From an uncultured candidate division Zixibacteria bacterium (lineage in GTDB: Bacteria > Zixibacteria > MSB-5A5 > UBA10806): a stretch of DNA of 64,000 bases. A program made the position numbers and the translations under genes. Where the stretch lies: positions 320,001 to 384,000 of the forward strand of contig CAWDFP010000007.1 of assembly GCA_963801605.1 (NCBI GenBank), given 5' to 3'. This document shows, piece by piece, positions 31,255 to 42,093 of this stretch (position 1 is the first letter of the stretch; the number at the start of each line of letters is the position of its first letter). The notes under the pieces are model-generated. The model searched no databases. It was given only the letters and a program-made list of their open reading frames with translations, and was not told the DNA's origin.

Positions 31255-32754
31255 ATGAGATTGCCTCGACTGGCATACAATATGATTAGCGCCGCTGGAG
31301 CTGTTATCGCCTCCGTCACAGCTATCCTGATCCTTTTTATGCTCGGAGTCACCATTTTTGCCCACGTGACCAACCCCTATCTTGGCGTTTTCATCTATAT
31401 GATAATGCCACCCTTCCTGATATTGGGCCTGGTTCTGATTCCCCTGGGTATGTGGCGCGAGTGGCGCAAGGTGCGTCGCGGCGAACAGGCCGGCGAGCTT
31501 AAGTGGCCTTATATCGATCTCAATAAAAGAAGCCATCGAAATGCCTTCTTTATTTTTATTTCCGGAACATTCGTATTTATGATCGGCGGAGCCGTGGTTA
31601 GCTATCAGGCCTTTCATTTTACCGAATCGGTGACATTCTGCGGTACCACCTGCCATAGCGTCATGCAGCCCGAATATACCGCTTATCAGAATTCGCCGCA
31701 TGCCAGAGTGGCTTGTACGGAATGCCATGTGGGCTCGGGCGCTGGATGGTACACCAAGTCTAAGCTTTCCGGTCTTTATCAGGTTTATGCCGTTTTAACT
31801 AAAGTCTATCCGAAACCGATTCCCACTCCAGTCCGGAATTTGCGCCCAGCGCAGGAGACTTGTGAACAGTGTCACTGGCCCCGGCAATTTTATGGCGCTC
31901 AACAGCGGCAGTTCAATCATTATAAATATGATTCCACAAGCACTTACTGGCCGATCAACATGCTGATCAAAACCGGCGGCGGCGACCCCAAAACCGGGCA
32001 GGCCGCTGGCATTCACTGGCACATGAATATCGGATTCAAGGTTGAATATATCGCCCGTGACGAACGTCGCCAGGATATCCCCTGGATTCGGGTAACAGAC
32101 AAAGAATCTGGACGGACCACTATTTACCAGGATCAATCCAATCCCCTGCCACCTGATTCCCTTCTCAAAATGACCCCGCGCATTATGGATTGCATGGACT
32201 GCCATAATCGCCCCAGCCACATTTATCATGCCCCTGACAACGCCATCGATGTTTCGATGTTGATTGGCCGGATCAATCAGCACATTCCTGATATCAAAAA
32301 GGTTGCTGTCGAGGCTATGGCGCAAGAGTATAGTTCTTATGATTCCGCCATGACCGGCATCTCGGATAATATCACGAACTATTACAAGCAGAATCATCCC
32401 GATTACTACGCCGCCATGACCGATACTATCAATGCCGCCATCAAAGCAACGCAAAGTGCTTTCACCCAAAATATCTTTCCCGGAATGAAAGTACGCTGGT
32501 CGGCCTATCCCAACAATATCGGGCATTTTTACAGCATTGGATGTATGCGCTGCCATCTGGGCAATCATAAAAGCGATGATGGCCGGACGATCACTCACGA
32601 TTGCACCGCCTGTCATAGCGTCCTTATGCAGGGCACCGGACCAAAAGAGCTTTCGACTGCTGAGAAAGGCCTCGAATTCCAGCATCCCGAGGATATTGGC
32701 GATACCTGGAAAGAAACTGGATGCTACGAATGCCACAGCGGCGTTCAACCGTAA
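31255..32754 (+). CDS. imcH: NapC/NirT-family multiheme inner-membrane cytochrome c, ImcH-like (7 heme motifs)
   Basis: Three N-terminal TM helices; CGTTCH, CTECH, CEQCH, CMDCH, CMRCH, CTACH, CYECH; AGGAG RBS. Confidence 0.75.
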   Translation: MRLPRLAYNMISAAGAVIASVTAILILFMLGVTIFAHVTNPYLGVFIYMIMPPFLILGLVLIPLGMWREWRKVRRGEQAGELKWPYIDLNKRSHRNAFFIFISGTFVFMIGGAVVSYQAFHFTESVTFCGTTCHSVMQPEYTAYQNSPHARVACTECHVGSGAGWYTKSKLSGLYQVYAVLTKVYPKPIPTPVRNLRPAQETCEQCHWPRQFYGAQQRQFNHYKYDSTSTYWPINMLIKTGGGDPKTGQAAGIHWHMNIGFKVEYIARDERRQDIPWIRVTDKESGRTTIYQDQSNPLPPDSLLKMTPRIMDCMDCHNRPSHIYHAPDNAIDVSMLIGRINQHIPDIKKVAVEAMAQEYSSYDSAMTGISDNITNYYKQNHPDYYAAMTDTINAAIKATQSAFTQNIFPGMKVRWSAYPNNIGHFYSIGCMRCHLGNHKSDDGRTITHDCTACHSVLMQGTGPKELSTAEKGLEFQHPEDIGDTWKETGCYECHSGVQP

Positions 32755-32767
32755 ATATAGCATAGCC

Positions 32768-32978
32768 GTAGGTCGGGTTCCGAGTCCCTGGGACGAGAAA
32801 CCCGACACTATTATAACGACATCTTATTTTGTAGCTTGTTTATTAAGGACCCAAAGGGTCCTTACTGTAGCTCAGACCCCCACAGGGTCTTGACTCTTTA
32901 AATTCAAGCCTATGAAAAAATAATATTATCGTAAAAGCTTTATTTACTCAATCGTAGTGGCACATCTCGATGTGTCCC
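32768..32978 (+). repeat. Cluster of GTAG-footed REP-like hairpins
   Basis: GTAGGTCGGGTTCC...GAAACCCGAC (32768), GTAGCTCAGACCC..GGGTCTTGAC (32867), GTAGTGGCACATC..GATGTGTCC (32954). Confidence 0.7.
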
Positions 32979-33059
32979 GCTTTAATTAAAAATTCATATT
33001 CATCGAATTCGCGTTATCCGTCTGGCGGGTCGCTAAACCCGTCGAACTATCACATCCGC

Positions 33060-33935
33060 TTATAATCTAATTCTATATGTAATCGCTACTGCGTTGGGAC
33101 GATATGGCAGCGTATCATTGATCGCTGACGCTGTTATGCTCTCAACCAGGAAATGGCCGTAAGGTTCATATCCGGGAAATACAAAACCTCCGATAAAATC
33201 TCCGCCGCTCGAATGCGGTATCTGGCGGGCTATATGTCCGCCTGATACGGGATATCGCATCCTTATAATATTGGTGCTGTCGCTTGAATGGACTATTACC
33301 GTAATCGAATCGCCCTGCGAAAATTGAGGAATATATTTCAAAAGTTTCCTGGCCGGATTTACATGAATCAAACTATCGGCTGATTGAATATCCACTCTGG
33401 GAAGCGGCAAAACCTGACTTTGAGTTTGCGGCGTGAAAACGATATCCGAAAGCTGCATCAGCCTCCAGCCGCGTCTGGAATTATAATCGAATCCCAACTT
33501 CTCGAAAAGCGCCGTCATCGTTCCCTTCATGTCGAAATGCTTGGAGAGCCTGACCCTCTGCGATCCGCCTCCAGTGGTATCGAGCGCGATTACTTCAAGA
33601 GTTCCCCAGAAAAATTTAACCACTGTAACATTGGCATACGGAACCGAACCGATTGAGTCAGTTGGCTGCGGATTAATTATCTTGATATCGATATCGAGCG
33701 AATCGTGAGTGATATTTCGCCAAAAAAAGAGCGGCCGGTATGACGCTGACAATCCGGGTGTCGTATCGGGTATCGAGGTATCAAATTGATCCAGGTTGAA
33801 TGCCGACGGACTATCATATCTGATAATATTATAGATAGCTTCATCGTCGGTAGGATCGGTCAATGGTTCAACACCGCTCCTTCCGCACGAGATAACTGCG
33901 ATTAGAAGCAGGGGTAAATAAAGCAGCTTTTTCAT
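33060..33935 (-). CDS. Hypothetical lipoprotein
   Basis: MKKLLYLPLLLIAVISC lipobox at ATG 33935 with AAGGA upstream. Confidence 0.75.
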   Translation of the reverse strand: MKKLLYLPLLLIAVISCGRSGVEPLTDPTDDEAIYNIIRYDSPSAFNLDQFDTSIPDTTPGLSASYRPLFFWRNITHDSLDIDIKIINPQPTDSIGSVPYANVTVVKFFWGTLEVIALDTTGGGSQRVRLSKHFDMKGTMTALFEKLGFDYNSRRGWRLMQLSDIVFTPQTQSQVLPLPRVDIQSADSLIHVNPARKLLKYIPQFSQGDSITVIVHSSDSTNIIRMRYPVSGGHIARQIPHSSGGDFIGGFVFPGYEPYGHFLVESITASAINDTLPYRPNAVAITYRIRL

Positions 33936-34064
33936 AAATTCCTTTGATAATGGATATGCCTCAGAATAAATACGCTTTTCCTTAAATATCCTGAGGCCTA
34001 CCTTAATCGTTATCATATTTTCTAGATATAGATACCAATTTGACGCGATTATATTCCCCTCGTT

Positions 34065-36059
34065 CTACCTCTTGCTTACCACTTTCCTCAACCTGGTAAT
34101 CTCATCGCGCAACTCAGCCGCTTTTTCGAATTGCATATCCTTAGCGGCCTGTTTCATCAAACGTTCCAGCGCTTTGATACGATCCTCATACTCCAACTTC
34201 GCAACCGCATCGATCTCCTCATCGGCGCTTGCCTCCGGTAGTACGGTTTTGGCATCGGCAAACGATGTTACCCTTATTATCTCTTCGCGCGTTTTGGTGA
34301 TTGTCTCCGGGGTTATTCCATGCGCTTCGTTATATTCCATCTGGATTTTGCGCCGCCTCTCGGTTTCTTCAATCGCCTTGCGCATCGAATCCGTGATGGC
34401 ATCGGCATAAAGGATAACTTCGCCGGCGTTGTTGCGCGCTGCCCGTCCCGCGGTTTGGATTAAAGACCGTTCCGACCGCAGGAATCCTTCCTTATCCGCA
34501 TCGAGAATTGCCACCAACGATACCTCCGGCAAGTCCAATCCTTCGCGAAGTAGATTGATTCCGATCAATACATCGAACTCCGCCAGCCTTAAATCGCGAA
34601 GTATCTCCACCCTGTCGATGGCATCGATCTCCGAATGCAGATAGCGCGCCTTTATGCCCAGGTTTTGAAGATAATCCGTCAGATCCTCCGACATCCTTTT
34701 GGTCAGCGTGGTCACCAGTACCCGCTCGCCCCTGGCGGTCTTCTGCTTAATCTGCTCGATAAGATCGTCAATCTGCGTTGCTATCGGTTTGACCGTTATC
34801 TTGGGATCAATTAAGCCGGTCGGCCGGATAATTTGCTCAACCACTACTCCGCCCGATCTCTCAAACTCATATTCTGCGGGGGTGGCAGACGTGAATATCA
34901 CTTGATGCAGCCGCTTTTCGAACTCGTCGAAAAACAGCGGCCTGTTATCCAATGCTGACGGCAGCCTGAAACCATACTCAACCAACGTCTCCTTACGCGA
35001 CCTATCCCCATGATACATTCCGCGAACCTGCGGAATCGACTGATGCGATTCGTCGATTATTGTTAAAAATTCCTTGGGGAAATAATCGAATAATGTATAT
35101 GGCGCATCGCCGGCTTTCCTGCCTGAAAGATGACGGGAATAATTTTCGATTCCGGAACAGAACCCGATCTCTCGCATCATCTCAATATCATAGCGTGTCC
35201 GCATTTCAAGCCGCTGGGCTTCGAGAAGCTTGCCGTTTTCTTTCATGAAACGAAGCCGCTCCTCGAGTTCTGCTTCTATATCCTTGACCGCCCGCATCAG
35301 ATTCTCAGGCTCCGTTACGAAATGCCGCGCCGGATAAATGGCATGTTTATCCTTCGCTGCGATTACATGGCCATCAACCAGGTTGACAATTGTAATTCGC
35401 TCGATCTCATCGCCGAAAAATTCGATCCTGACCGCTTCTTCCTCGTACGCCGGATGAACCTCGACCACGTCGCCCCTGACCCTAAAATGGCCTCGGCCAA
35501 ATTCAATATCATTACGCACATAATGAATCTCTATCAGGTCGTGCAACAACTTGTCGCGTTCATAATGCTTGCCCTTTTCGAGAAAAACTAACATATCCTT
35601 ATAATCCTGCGGCGAACCCAACCCATATATGCATGATACCGATGCTACAATGATAACATCGTCCCGCGACAGGAGCGACGATGTTGCCCGCAAACGCAAC
35701 CGGTCAATATCATCATTTACTGATGTATCTTTTTCGATAAAGATATCAGATTGTGGTATGTAAGCCTCAGGTTGATAATAATCGTAATAGCTTATGAAAA
35801 ATTCTACCGCATTTTCGGGGAAAAATCCCTTAAGCTCGCCATAAAGTTGAGCCGCTAAGGTTTTATTATGCGACATAATCAAGGCCGGCTTGCCGTAGTT
35901 GGCAATGACATTGGCCATCGTAAACGTCTTACCCGACCCGGTCACTCCTAAAAGCGTCTGGAATTTATCGCCCCGTTTTAACCCTGCGGTAAGTTGCTCT
36001 ATCGCCAGGGGCTGATCCCCCTGCGGTTGAAACGTAGATTGTAATTTAAATTTTGCCAT
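34065..36059 (-). CDS. uvrB: Excinuclease ABC subunit B
   Basis: [42 protein letters not shown]-terminal UVR domain. Confidence 0.98.
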   Translation of the reverse strand: MAKFKLQSTFQPQGDQPLAIEQLTAGLKRGDKFQTLLGVTGSGKTFTMANVIANYGKPALIMSHNKTLAAQLYGELKGFFPENAVEFFISYYDYYQPEAYIPQSDIFIEKDTSVNDDIDRLRLRATSSLLSRDDVIIVASVSCIYGLGSPQDYKDMLVFLEKGKHYERDKLLHDLIEIHYVRNDIEFGRGHFRVRGDVVEVHPAYEEEAVRIEFFGDEIERITIVNLVDGHVIAAKDKHAIYPARHFVTEPENLMRAVKDIEAELEERLRFMKENGKLLEAQRLEMRTRYDIEMMREIGFCSGIENYSRHLSGRKAGDAPYTLFDYFPKEFLTIIDESHQSIPQVRGMYHGDRSRKETLVEYGFRLPSALDNRPLFFDEFEKRLHQVIFTSATPAEYEFERSGGVVVEQIIRPTGLIDPKITVKPIATQIDDLIEQIKQKTARGERVLVTTLTKRMSEDLTDYLQNLGIKARYLHSEIDAIDRVEILRDLRLAEFDVLIGINLLREGLDLPEVSLVAILDADKEGFLRSERSLIQTAGRAARNNAGEVILYADAITDSMRKAIEETERRRKIQMEYNEAHGITPETITKTREEIIRVTSFADAKTVLPEASADEEIDAVAKLEYEDRIKALERLMKQAAKDMQFEKAAELRDEITRLRKVVSKR

Positions 36060-36305
36060 AACCTATAATATATAAAATATAAACTCATACTTATATACAA
36101 ATTTGACTTCAAAATGTTACTGGAAATCTGCAATTCCCTCGCCGTGTGGTCAGGTCTCCATCCCAAACCAAGAGCGGAGAAACCGCCTAAGCGAAAATCC
36201 GGTCTAAAGATGATTCAAATTTATACACTCGGACGTAACGAAATGGTAATTCACTTCGAACTATATCTATTTGGCGCATCCGAATATTATCCCCAGCTTT
36301 ATTTT

Positions 36306-38270
36306 TTAAATCTTTCCCTTCACCCAATTCTCTAATCCGCCCGTTAAAACCAACTCCTGGGCCGCCGTCCCAACCGGATCGATAGCGTATGCCTTTCCAT
36401 CGGACTCAATAGTGGATTTACCAAAATCAATCTTCGCATCGATACCGGTTTTAACAGTCAGTTTTGCGCTTCCAAATTTGGCCTTCAGGTCTCTCACCAA
36501 TTCCGGAGCTTCGATCACCAAAAATCCATTGTTAATAGCATTGCGTTTATATGTCTCCGAAAACGACCCCGCAATAACCAGGCGAATACCTCGATATTTC
36601 AACGATGTTGCCGCTTGCTCGCGCGAGCTGCCGGTGCCAAAATTAAATCCCCCGATCAGGATATCCCCCGCCTTTACGATTTTGCCAAATTCCAGATCGT
36701 AGTTTTCCATCACGACCTGTGCCTGCTGCTCCGGCGTGAAATCATCGATATAAGTATATTTCCCCGGAAAGATACCATCCGTATTGAGATTATCCTGATA
36801 GCAGAAAATTATCTCCCCCTTCAAGGCTTCGGGAAATCCGTCTAAAATCGGCACTTTAACTGCGCCTGCCGCCTTTCGCGTATTGATGCGAATTTCTCCT
36901 TCAAGCCGCATCAATGGAAAATCACCTGGCAGATCGATCACCCCGGCAATCGCTGACGCCGCCACCACTGCCGGCGACGCTAAATATGCCTCCGCCTTGG
37001 GCGAACCCATCCGCCCCTTAAAATTCCGATTGGTGGCGGATATGCCGACCTCGCCATCCTGCAATAACCCCTTGCCCAGTCCTATGCATGGCCCGCAGCC
37101 CGGTGGAAGAGGTATCGCCCCGGCATCGAGCAACGCCTTCCAATCGCCCCGACGTTCGCTTTCGGCCTGTACCTCGCTTGACGCTGCCGCTATATAAAAC
37201 TCTACGCCTTCGGCCACTTTTTTGCCCTTAGCCGCCTCGGCCGCCTGCGCTAAATCGTCAACCCGGCTGTTGACACACGACACCAAATATGCCTTATGAA
37301 TTTTAATCTGCCTTTTACGCATCTCACCAACGGATGTCATTGTCTTGACATTATTGGGACCTGATACACTCGGCTGTACGGTCCCTAAATCAAGCGTTAA
37401 CTCTTTGGCATAGTATGCGTTCTCGTCGGCTCTTAAAGCTGCACTTTCAAGTGTTTTTATCCGTTCCCCATTAATTCTGGGATGGCCGCCATTGCCATCT
37501 GCATCCGATGGCGCCCCAGCCAGCCCGCGCCGGCTGATACGTTCATTTCGATTATTTAGCCAATCAATTGTAACCTTATCTATCGGGAAAAGGCCTACTA
37601 ACGCCCCCCATTCTGTGGTCATATTGGCTATCGTTAAACGCTGATCAATACTCAGTCTTGCCAGGCCGTCTCCTACAAATTCGATAGCATGATTTAATAC
37701 TTCATCCTTATTAAACAGTCCGCACAAAGTCACGATAACGTCCTTGCCTGTCACGCCCGGCAATAGTTTCCCGCGAAGCTCGACCCTGGCTACCGGCGGT
37801 ACCTGCCACCAGGTTCTGCCTGTGGCCCAAATGGCGGCAGCATCCGTACGCACAATTGGCGTTCCCAGGCATCCCAATCCGCCATACATGTTCGAGTGGC
37901 TATCTGACGCTACCACCATCGTTCCCGGCCAGGCATACCCTTCCTCGCACATTATCTGATGCCCTATGCCGCGTCCCGCCGGATAGAAATCGATCCCATG
38001 CTCTCTGGCAAACGATTCGATCTTACGATATTTCTCTAAATTCTTCTCTCCCGTATCCTGAATATCATGATCGAGCGTAAATACCGGCTGCCGACGGTTC
38101 GCAATCTTCGTTGCCCCAATGCTCTTGAATTTCGGTATCACCGCCCCGGTGTTATCGTGAGTCATTACATACGCGGGCTGAATCGACAAATAATCTCCCG
38201 CCTGAACAATATGCCCCGGCTCCAAACCCACAGCATATTGCTGCGCTATTTTTTCAACGAGGTTTTGCAT
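36306..38270 (-). CDS. lysF: Homoaconitase-type aconitase with fused large and small subunits (LysF-like)
   Basis: [26 protein letters not shown], Fe-S Cys in VSCVNSR and [15 protein letters not shown]; swivel domain NTDGIFPG / GSSREQAA. Confidence 0.75.
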   Translation of the reverse strand: MQNLVEKIAQQYAVGLEPGHIVQAGDYLSIQPAYVMTHDNTGAVIPKFKSIGATKIANRRQPVFTLDHDIQDTGEKNLEKYRKIESFAREHGIDFYPAGRGIGHQIMCEEGYAWPGTMVVASDSHSNMYGGLGCLGTPIVRTDAAAIWATGRTWWQVPPVARVELRGKLLPGVTGKDVIVTLCGLFNKDEVLNHAIEFVGDGLARLSIDQRLTIANMTTEWGALVGLFPIDKVTIDWLNNRNERISRRGLAGAPSDADGNGGHPRINGERIKTLESAALRADENAYYAKELTLDLGTVQPSVSGPNNVKTMTSVGEMRKRQIKIHKAYLVSCVNSRVDDLAQAAEAAKGKKVAEGVEFYIAAASSEVQAESERRGDWKALLDAGAIPLPPGCGPCIGLGKGLLQDGEVGISATNRNFKGRMGSPKAEAYLASPAVVAASAIAGVIDLPGDFPLMRLEGEIRINTRKAAGAVKVPILDGFPEALKGEIIFCYQDNLNTDGIFPGKYTYIDDFTPEQQAQVVMENYDLEFGKIVKAGDILIGGFNFGTGSSREQAATSLKYRGIRLVIAGSFSETYKRNAINNGFLVIEAPELVRDLKAKFGSAKLTVKTGIDAKIDFGKSTIESDGKAYAIDPVGTAAQELVLTGGLENWVKGKI

Positions 38271-38471
38271 TAATTGGCCTCACTTTTAATTACATGAAAA
38301 CGTCTTTGTTATTTAAACAGTATACTACTTTGGGCAGGCTTTATAAAGATAGATATTTAACAATCTCTATTTACTGCCAGATACGAAATCAAGCCTAAAA
38401 ATCCCGCACATTTTCGCGATCGTTATAGTATATTGACGCCACCAAAAAATAGAGATATAAAAAGGCAAGTT

Positions 38472-39695
38472 ATGAACAAACGACTCGACCCATCTATCTT
38501 CGATCTCCCCGTACAGGAGATCCGACGAGGCTATCGTTCGGCGGTCTATTTCTGGCGTACAAAGCGAATTCTCGAACAAGATAATAATCATGCCCGCGTC
38601 ACTCATCAAATCTTCCAGAAAAAAGATAATGTCATTATTTGCGGTACTGATGAAGTCATCGCCATTCTGCGGTGCGCCTCCGGATACTACAGCGATCCCG
38701 ATCGCGCCTTCAAGCTTTTCGACCGCTATATAGAACTCAAACAATTGATCCGCGAATCTCTGTTCCGAGGAGATTACCACACCCATCTGGAATTGACTGC
38801 TTCCAAAATGGAAATCTCGCGCCAGCTCGATGATCTCTGGATAGACAAGTTTTCCGATATCGAAATTTATTCGCTCCATGACGGTGATCCGCTGTCTTCC
38901 TGGGAAACCGCCATGATCATCGAGGGCGAATACTCGCTCTTCGCTCATCTGGAATCGCTTTATCTCGGAGTCCTCGCTCGACGAACCAGAGTCGCCACTA
39001 ATACCCGCGCCGTCGTCGATGCCGCCGCCGGAAAACAGGTTCTCTTTTTTGCGGATCGATTCGATCACTTCGCCAATCAGAGCGGTGATGGTTATGCCTC
39101 CAAAATCGGCGGCGCTCAGGGCGTGGCCACGGACGCTATGGCGGCCTGGTACGGTGAACGCGGCCTGGGAACCATCCCTCATGCTCTGATTGTAGCGTAT
39201 AACGGCGATACCCCGCTTGCTGCCGAGAAATTTCAGCATTACTATCCGGATATTCCTGCCATTGCTCTGGTCGACTTCAATAATAATTGCGTCGCTGATT
39301 CCCTCGAGGCAGCGCGTCGTCTGGGCGCTAAGCTTTGGGGCGTCCGGCTTGACACTGCCGAAAATTTGGTCGATGTCAGCTTACAGAAAGTTAATAATAT
39401 CGATGATTCCGAAAAACATGGAGTCGCCCCGCTTCTCGTGGAACGGGTCAGGACTGCTTTAGACCGGGAGGGCTTCAGCCATGTAAAAATCATAGTCTCC
39501 GGGGGATTTTATCCCGAGCGCATCAGGCATTTCGAACAGCTTGGCGTACCGGTGGATATTTATGCCGTGGGAAGCTGGATTCTATCGGGCCGTTTCGATT
39601 ACACCGCCGACGCCGTCAGGCTCAACGATGAGCCGTTGGGGAAGGTCGGTCGAGTCTATCGGCCTAATCCTCGATTGGAGTTGGTAAAAAGCTAA
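38472..39695 (+). CDS. Type II phosphoribosyltransferase (nicotinate/quinolinate PRTase-like)
   Basis: GYRSAVYF, FAHLE..YLG, RFDH, GTIPHALI, LVDFNN, GVRLDT, SGGF, AVGS. Confidence 0.8.
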   Translation: MNKRLDPSIFDLPVQEIRRGYRSAVYFWRTKRILEQDNNHARVTHQIFQKKDNVIICGTDEVIAILRCASGYYSDPDRAFKLFDRYIELKQLIRESLFRGDYHTHLELTASKMEISRQLDDLWIDKFSDIEIYSLHDGDPLSSWETAMIIEGEYSLFAHLESLYLGVLARRTRVATNTRAVVDAAAGKQVLFFADRFDHFANQSGDGYASKIGGAQGVATDAMAAWYGERGLGTIPHALIVAYNGDTPLAAEKFQHYYPDIPAIALVDFNNNCVADSLEAARRLGAKLWGVRLDTAENLVDVSLQKVNNIDDSEKHGVAPLLVERVRTALDREGFSHVKIIVSGGFYPERIRHFEQLGVPVDIYAVGSWILSGRFDYTADAVRLNDEPLGKVGRVYRPNPRLELVKS

Positions 39696-39920
39696 AGAGA
39701 AAGCATTAGTGCCATCTTCATAATTACGATCCGAAATGATTTCTAAAAATATTTTATAATCCGACATCAATATCCGTTTATAACCTATTATCGATATATT
39801 TTCCCTCGATTTTCTAAGCATAATTCTGAAAACAAAATACGATAATTTATATCTATCAAAATTCGGCTGCGCTCTTTATTTAATCATCGTCAAACCTATC
39901 CGATATCTTGCATTTTTTTT

Positions 39921-39947
39921 GGAACTGAACTGCCGCTTCCCCTCTAA
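39921..39947 (+). promoter_or_regulatory. SigmaE/ECF-like promoter of the porin gene
   Basis: GGAACT-N16-TCTAA. Confidence 0.4.
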
Positions 39948-39990
39948 AATATGCAAACAAGATTCTCAAAACAGTTAACTGGAGGGTTAT

Positions 39991-40638
39991 ATGAACAAGC
40001 GCATGGCATCATTATTTCTGGCATTGATGCTTCTTGCCTTTCTTACACCCAGGATTTATGCTCAGAACAACATGGGACTTAGCGCCTGGGGAGTCAAGGC
40101 CGGCCTTGACATGTCCAGATTTACGGGCAAAGACGCAAAAACTGCATTCGGAAAAAACCTGGAGTATGAACCGGGAGCAACCGCGGGCCTTTTCGCCACC
40201 TACAGATTCAATAACACTTTCGCCGTTCAACCGGAACTGCTGTATTCTGTAAGAGGGTCTAGATGGACATCGACTGATGATACCCCCGCGTACAAGGCGA
40301 GGATTGACTACGTCGAAATACCTATACTGGCAAAAGCCGAATTCCCGACACAAGGCAGCTTCCAACCGAACCTCTACATTGGCCCGGATTTCGCCTTTAG
40401 AGTCAGAGCCCGGGAAACAATTCCGGGGCAGTCCAGCCAGGTCAATATCAAAAGCGATGTTAAAAGCAGTGATATTGGAATGGCCTTAGGAGCTGGCACG
40501 GGATATGCCTTAAGCCACGGGCAGATTACTGCCGATGCCCGTTACATTCTTGGTTTCAGCAAGATTGACAATACTCAATCAAACCTGGCTATTCATAACG
40601 GCACCTTTTCCTTTATCCTGGGCTACTCATTTAAGTAG
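39991..40638 (+). CDS. Outer-membrane beta-barrel (porin/PorT-like family)
   Basis: Signal peptide, GVKAG, QPELLYS.RG, YVEIPIL, ARY..G, terminal GYSF. Confidence 0.85.
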   Translation: MNKRMASLFLALMLLAFLTPRIYAQNNMGLSAWGVKAGLDMSRFTGKDAKTAFGKNLEYEPGATAGLFATYRFNNTFAVQPELLYSVRGSRWTSTDDTPAYKARIDYVEIPILAKAEFPTQGSFQPNLYIGPDFAFRVRARETIPGQSSQVNIKSDVKSSDIGMALGAGTGYALSHGQITADARYILGFSKIDNTQSNLAIHNGTFSFILGYSFK

Positions 40639-40655
40639 ATTAGAGTAAAAACAAT

Positions 40656-40685
40656 AGGGGATCGCCGAGAGGTGATCCCCTTTTT
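40656..40685 (+). terminator. Intrinsic terminator
   Basis: AGGGGATCGCC-GAGA-GGTGATCCCCT followed by T-run. Confidence 0.8.
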
Positions 40686-41138
40686 GCTTTATGCACTTAA
40701 GATAATACTTAGCGGTCTTATGGTATCCTGCTGACCGGCAAGACTTTATGCTTATTGGGATGACATCCATATTATTCCTGACGCCCGAAAAAATAGCAAA
40801 AAATAATTGTTGACATTTTTCATATTTAACCTTATTTGCGGCGTTTGCAAGAGCGTATGGGGCGAAAATGCGGCTAACTGGATTAATAAATATCAAATGC
40901 CGATCCTCTCAACGGACTTGGCTAAAATTGGAATTTTCGAGGAACAACCGTCATAGCCTGTTGGTTACTACCGTCGATAAAAATGCAGGGTATGGCGAAA
41001 TTTCTATAGGTTAGTGTATATCCGGATTAAATCGAAACAAATTTATGTCGAAGATAAATGGTATGAAAATCGCTATCCCATCAAATGGTAAGTTTATTGG
41101 GATTGTATCATTAACGTAACAACCCTTTGGGAGGTTTT

Positions 41139-41318
41139 ATGGAATGCGCGTACTGCGGTATCGATTTTAACGGTAAGCCATTTCGTCGCGACGGCGAAAT
41201 ATACTGCAGTAAAGAGTGTGCCGACGCCGACAGCGAGGAGCGCTTTGGAGTCGACGCCGAGGAACTCGACGATTATGGCGATGACATCGAAGAAGATGAT
41301 ACGGAGGAAGAATACTAA
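41139..41318 (+). CDS. Small Cys4 metal-binding protein with a highly acidic tail
   Basis: GGAGG RBS; CAYC...DGEIYCSKEC then a D/E-rich C-terminus. Confidence 0.7.
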   Translation: MECAYCGIDFNGKPFRRDGEIYCSKECADADSEERFGVDAEELDDYGDDIEEDDTEEEY

Positions 41319-41424
41319 AGGGTGAATCGTTAAACCGAAAATTCTGACATCCCCGTAACAAAGGGATGAAAATCATATATCTCACCACAGGCTGCCCTGG
41401 CCTGTGGCCCGTTTTGACGGGAAA

Positions 41425-41458
41425 TAAAAAAGGCTGGACCGTTTTCGATCCAGCCTCT
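41425..41458 (-). terminator. Intrinsic terminator
   Basis: AGGCTGGA/TCCAGCCT stem with a T-run on the minus strand. Confidence 0.6.
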
Positions 41459-41472
41459 GTTATTTTATCCCC

Positions 41473-41880
41473 CTACCAATCGATGATTGTTGTTAAATCG
41501 GCGGCGCCCATTAAAACCATGGGATTGGAATTCTTCCTGGTGGCCGGTTTCGTTTTAGCCGCCATCCCCGAGTTCGCTGCCGAAGCTGATGCCCCAGTCC
41601 CCTTTTCCATGGAGCAGCTTCCCGAATTTGCATCCGGACTAACTGTTTTTGCATTTGCCGGTTTCCGGTATTCGGTCGTCATAACCTTGACGCCCTTCCC
41701 TGCCGTCTGCGAGGCTGATCCCCTGGACATGCAGGAAGCGCTGCACGCCTGCCCCTGGCTGGTGGTAACGCTCGCCGAACTCGACTTAACGTCGGCCTTG
41801 GTTTGATTTCCGCAGGCATACGAATTTGCCGCGATAAAAACCATTGCCGCCGCCATCGCCGCTATTGATATTGTCTTCAT
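41473..41880 (-). CDS. Secreted low-complexity Ser/Ala-rich protein
   Basis: GGAGGAG RBS before ATG 41880; signal peptide MKTISIAAMAAAMVFIAANSYA. Confidence 0.6.
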   Translation of the reverse strand: MKTISIAAMAAAMVFIAANSYACGNQTKADVKSSSASVTTSQGQACSASCMSRGSASQTAGKGVKVMTTEYRKPANAKTVSPDANSGSCSMEKGTGASASAANSGMAAKTKPATRKNSNPMVLMGAADLTTIIDW

Positions 41881-42093
41881 GTAACTCCTCCGGTTTGAGA
41901 TGACTATGATATTCATTTTCAACAACAATATAATACGGCCCGAGGTTTCCCCTGTCAAGCATTTTGACAATAATTATCAAAATAAACGGATTGGCCATAA
42001 TAGTGATTCCCCCGGCAATACCTTTAATAAATTTCGGATGAATTATAAGCATCGCTTCTTGACTATGCCCAACGTTGCGGATAATATTGGGTT

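Noticed and set aside
31237..32808. Long antisense ORFs (31795..32808 and 31237..31728; likewise 2990..3742 and 38367..39239)
   Set aside because: They are shadow frames opposite well-supported genes and have no recognisable motifs.
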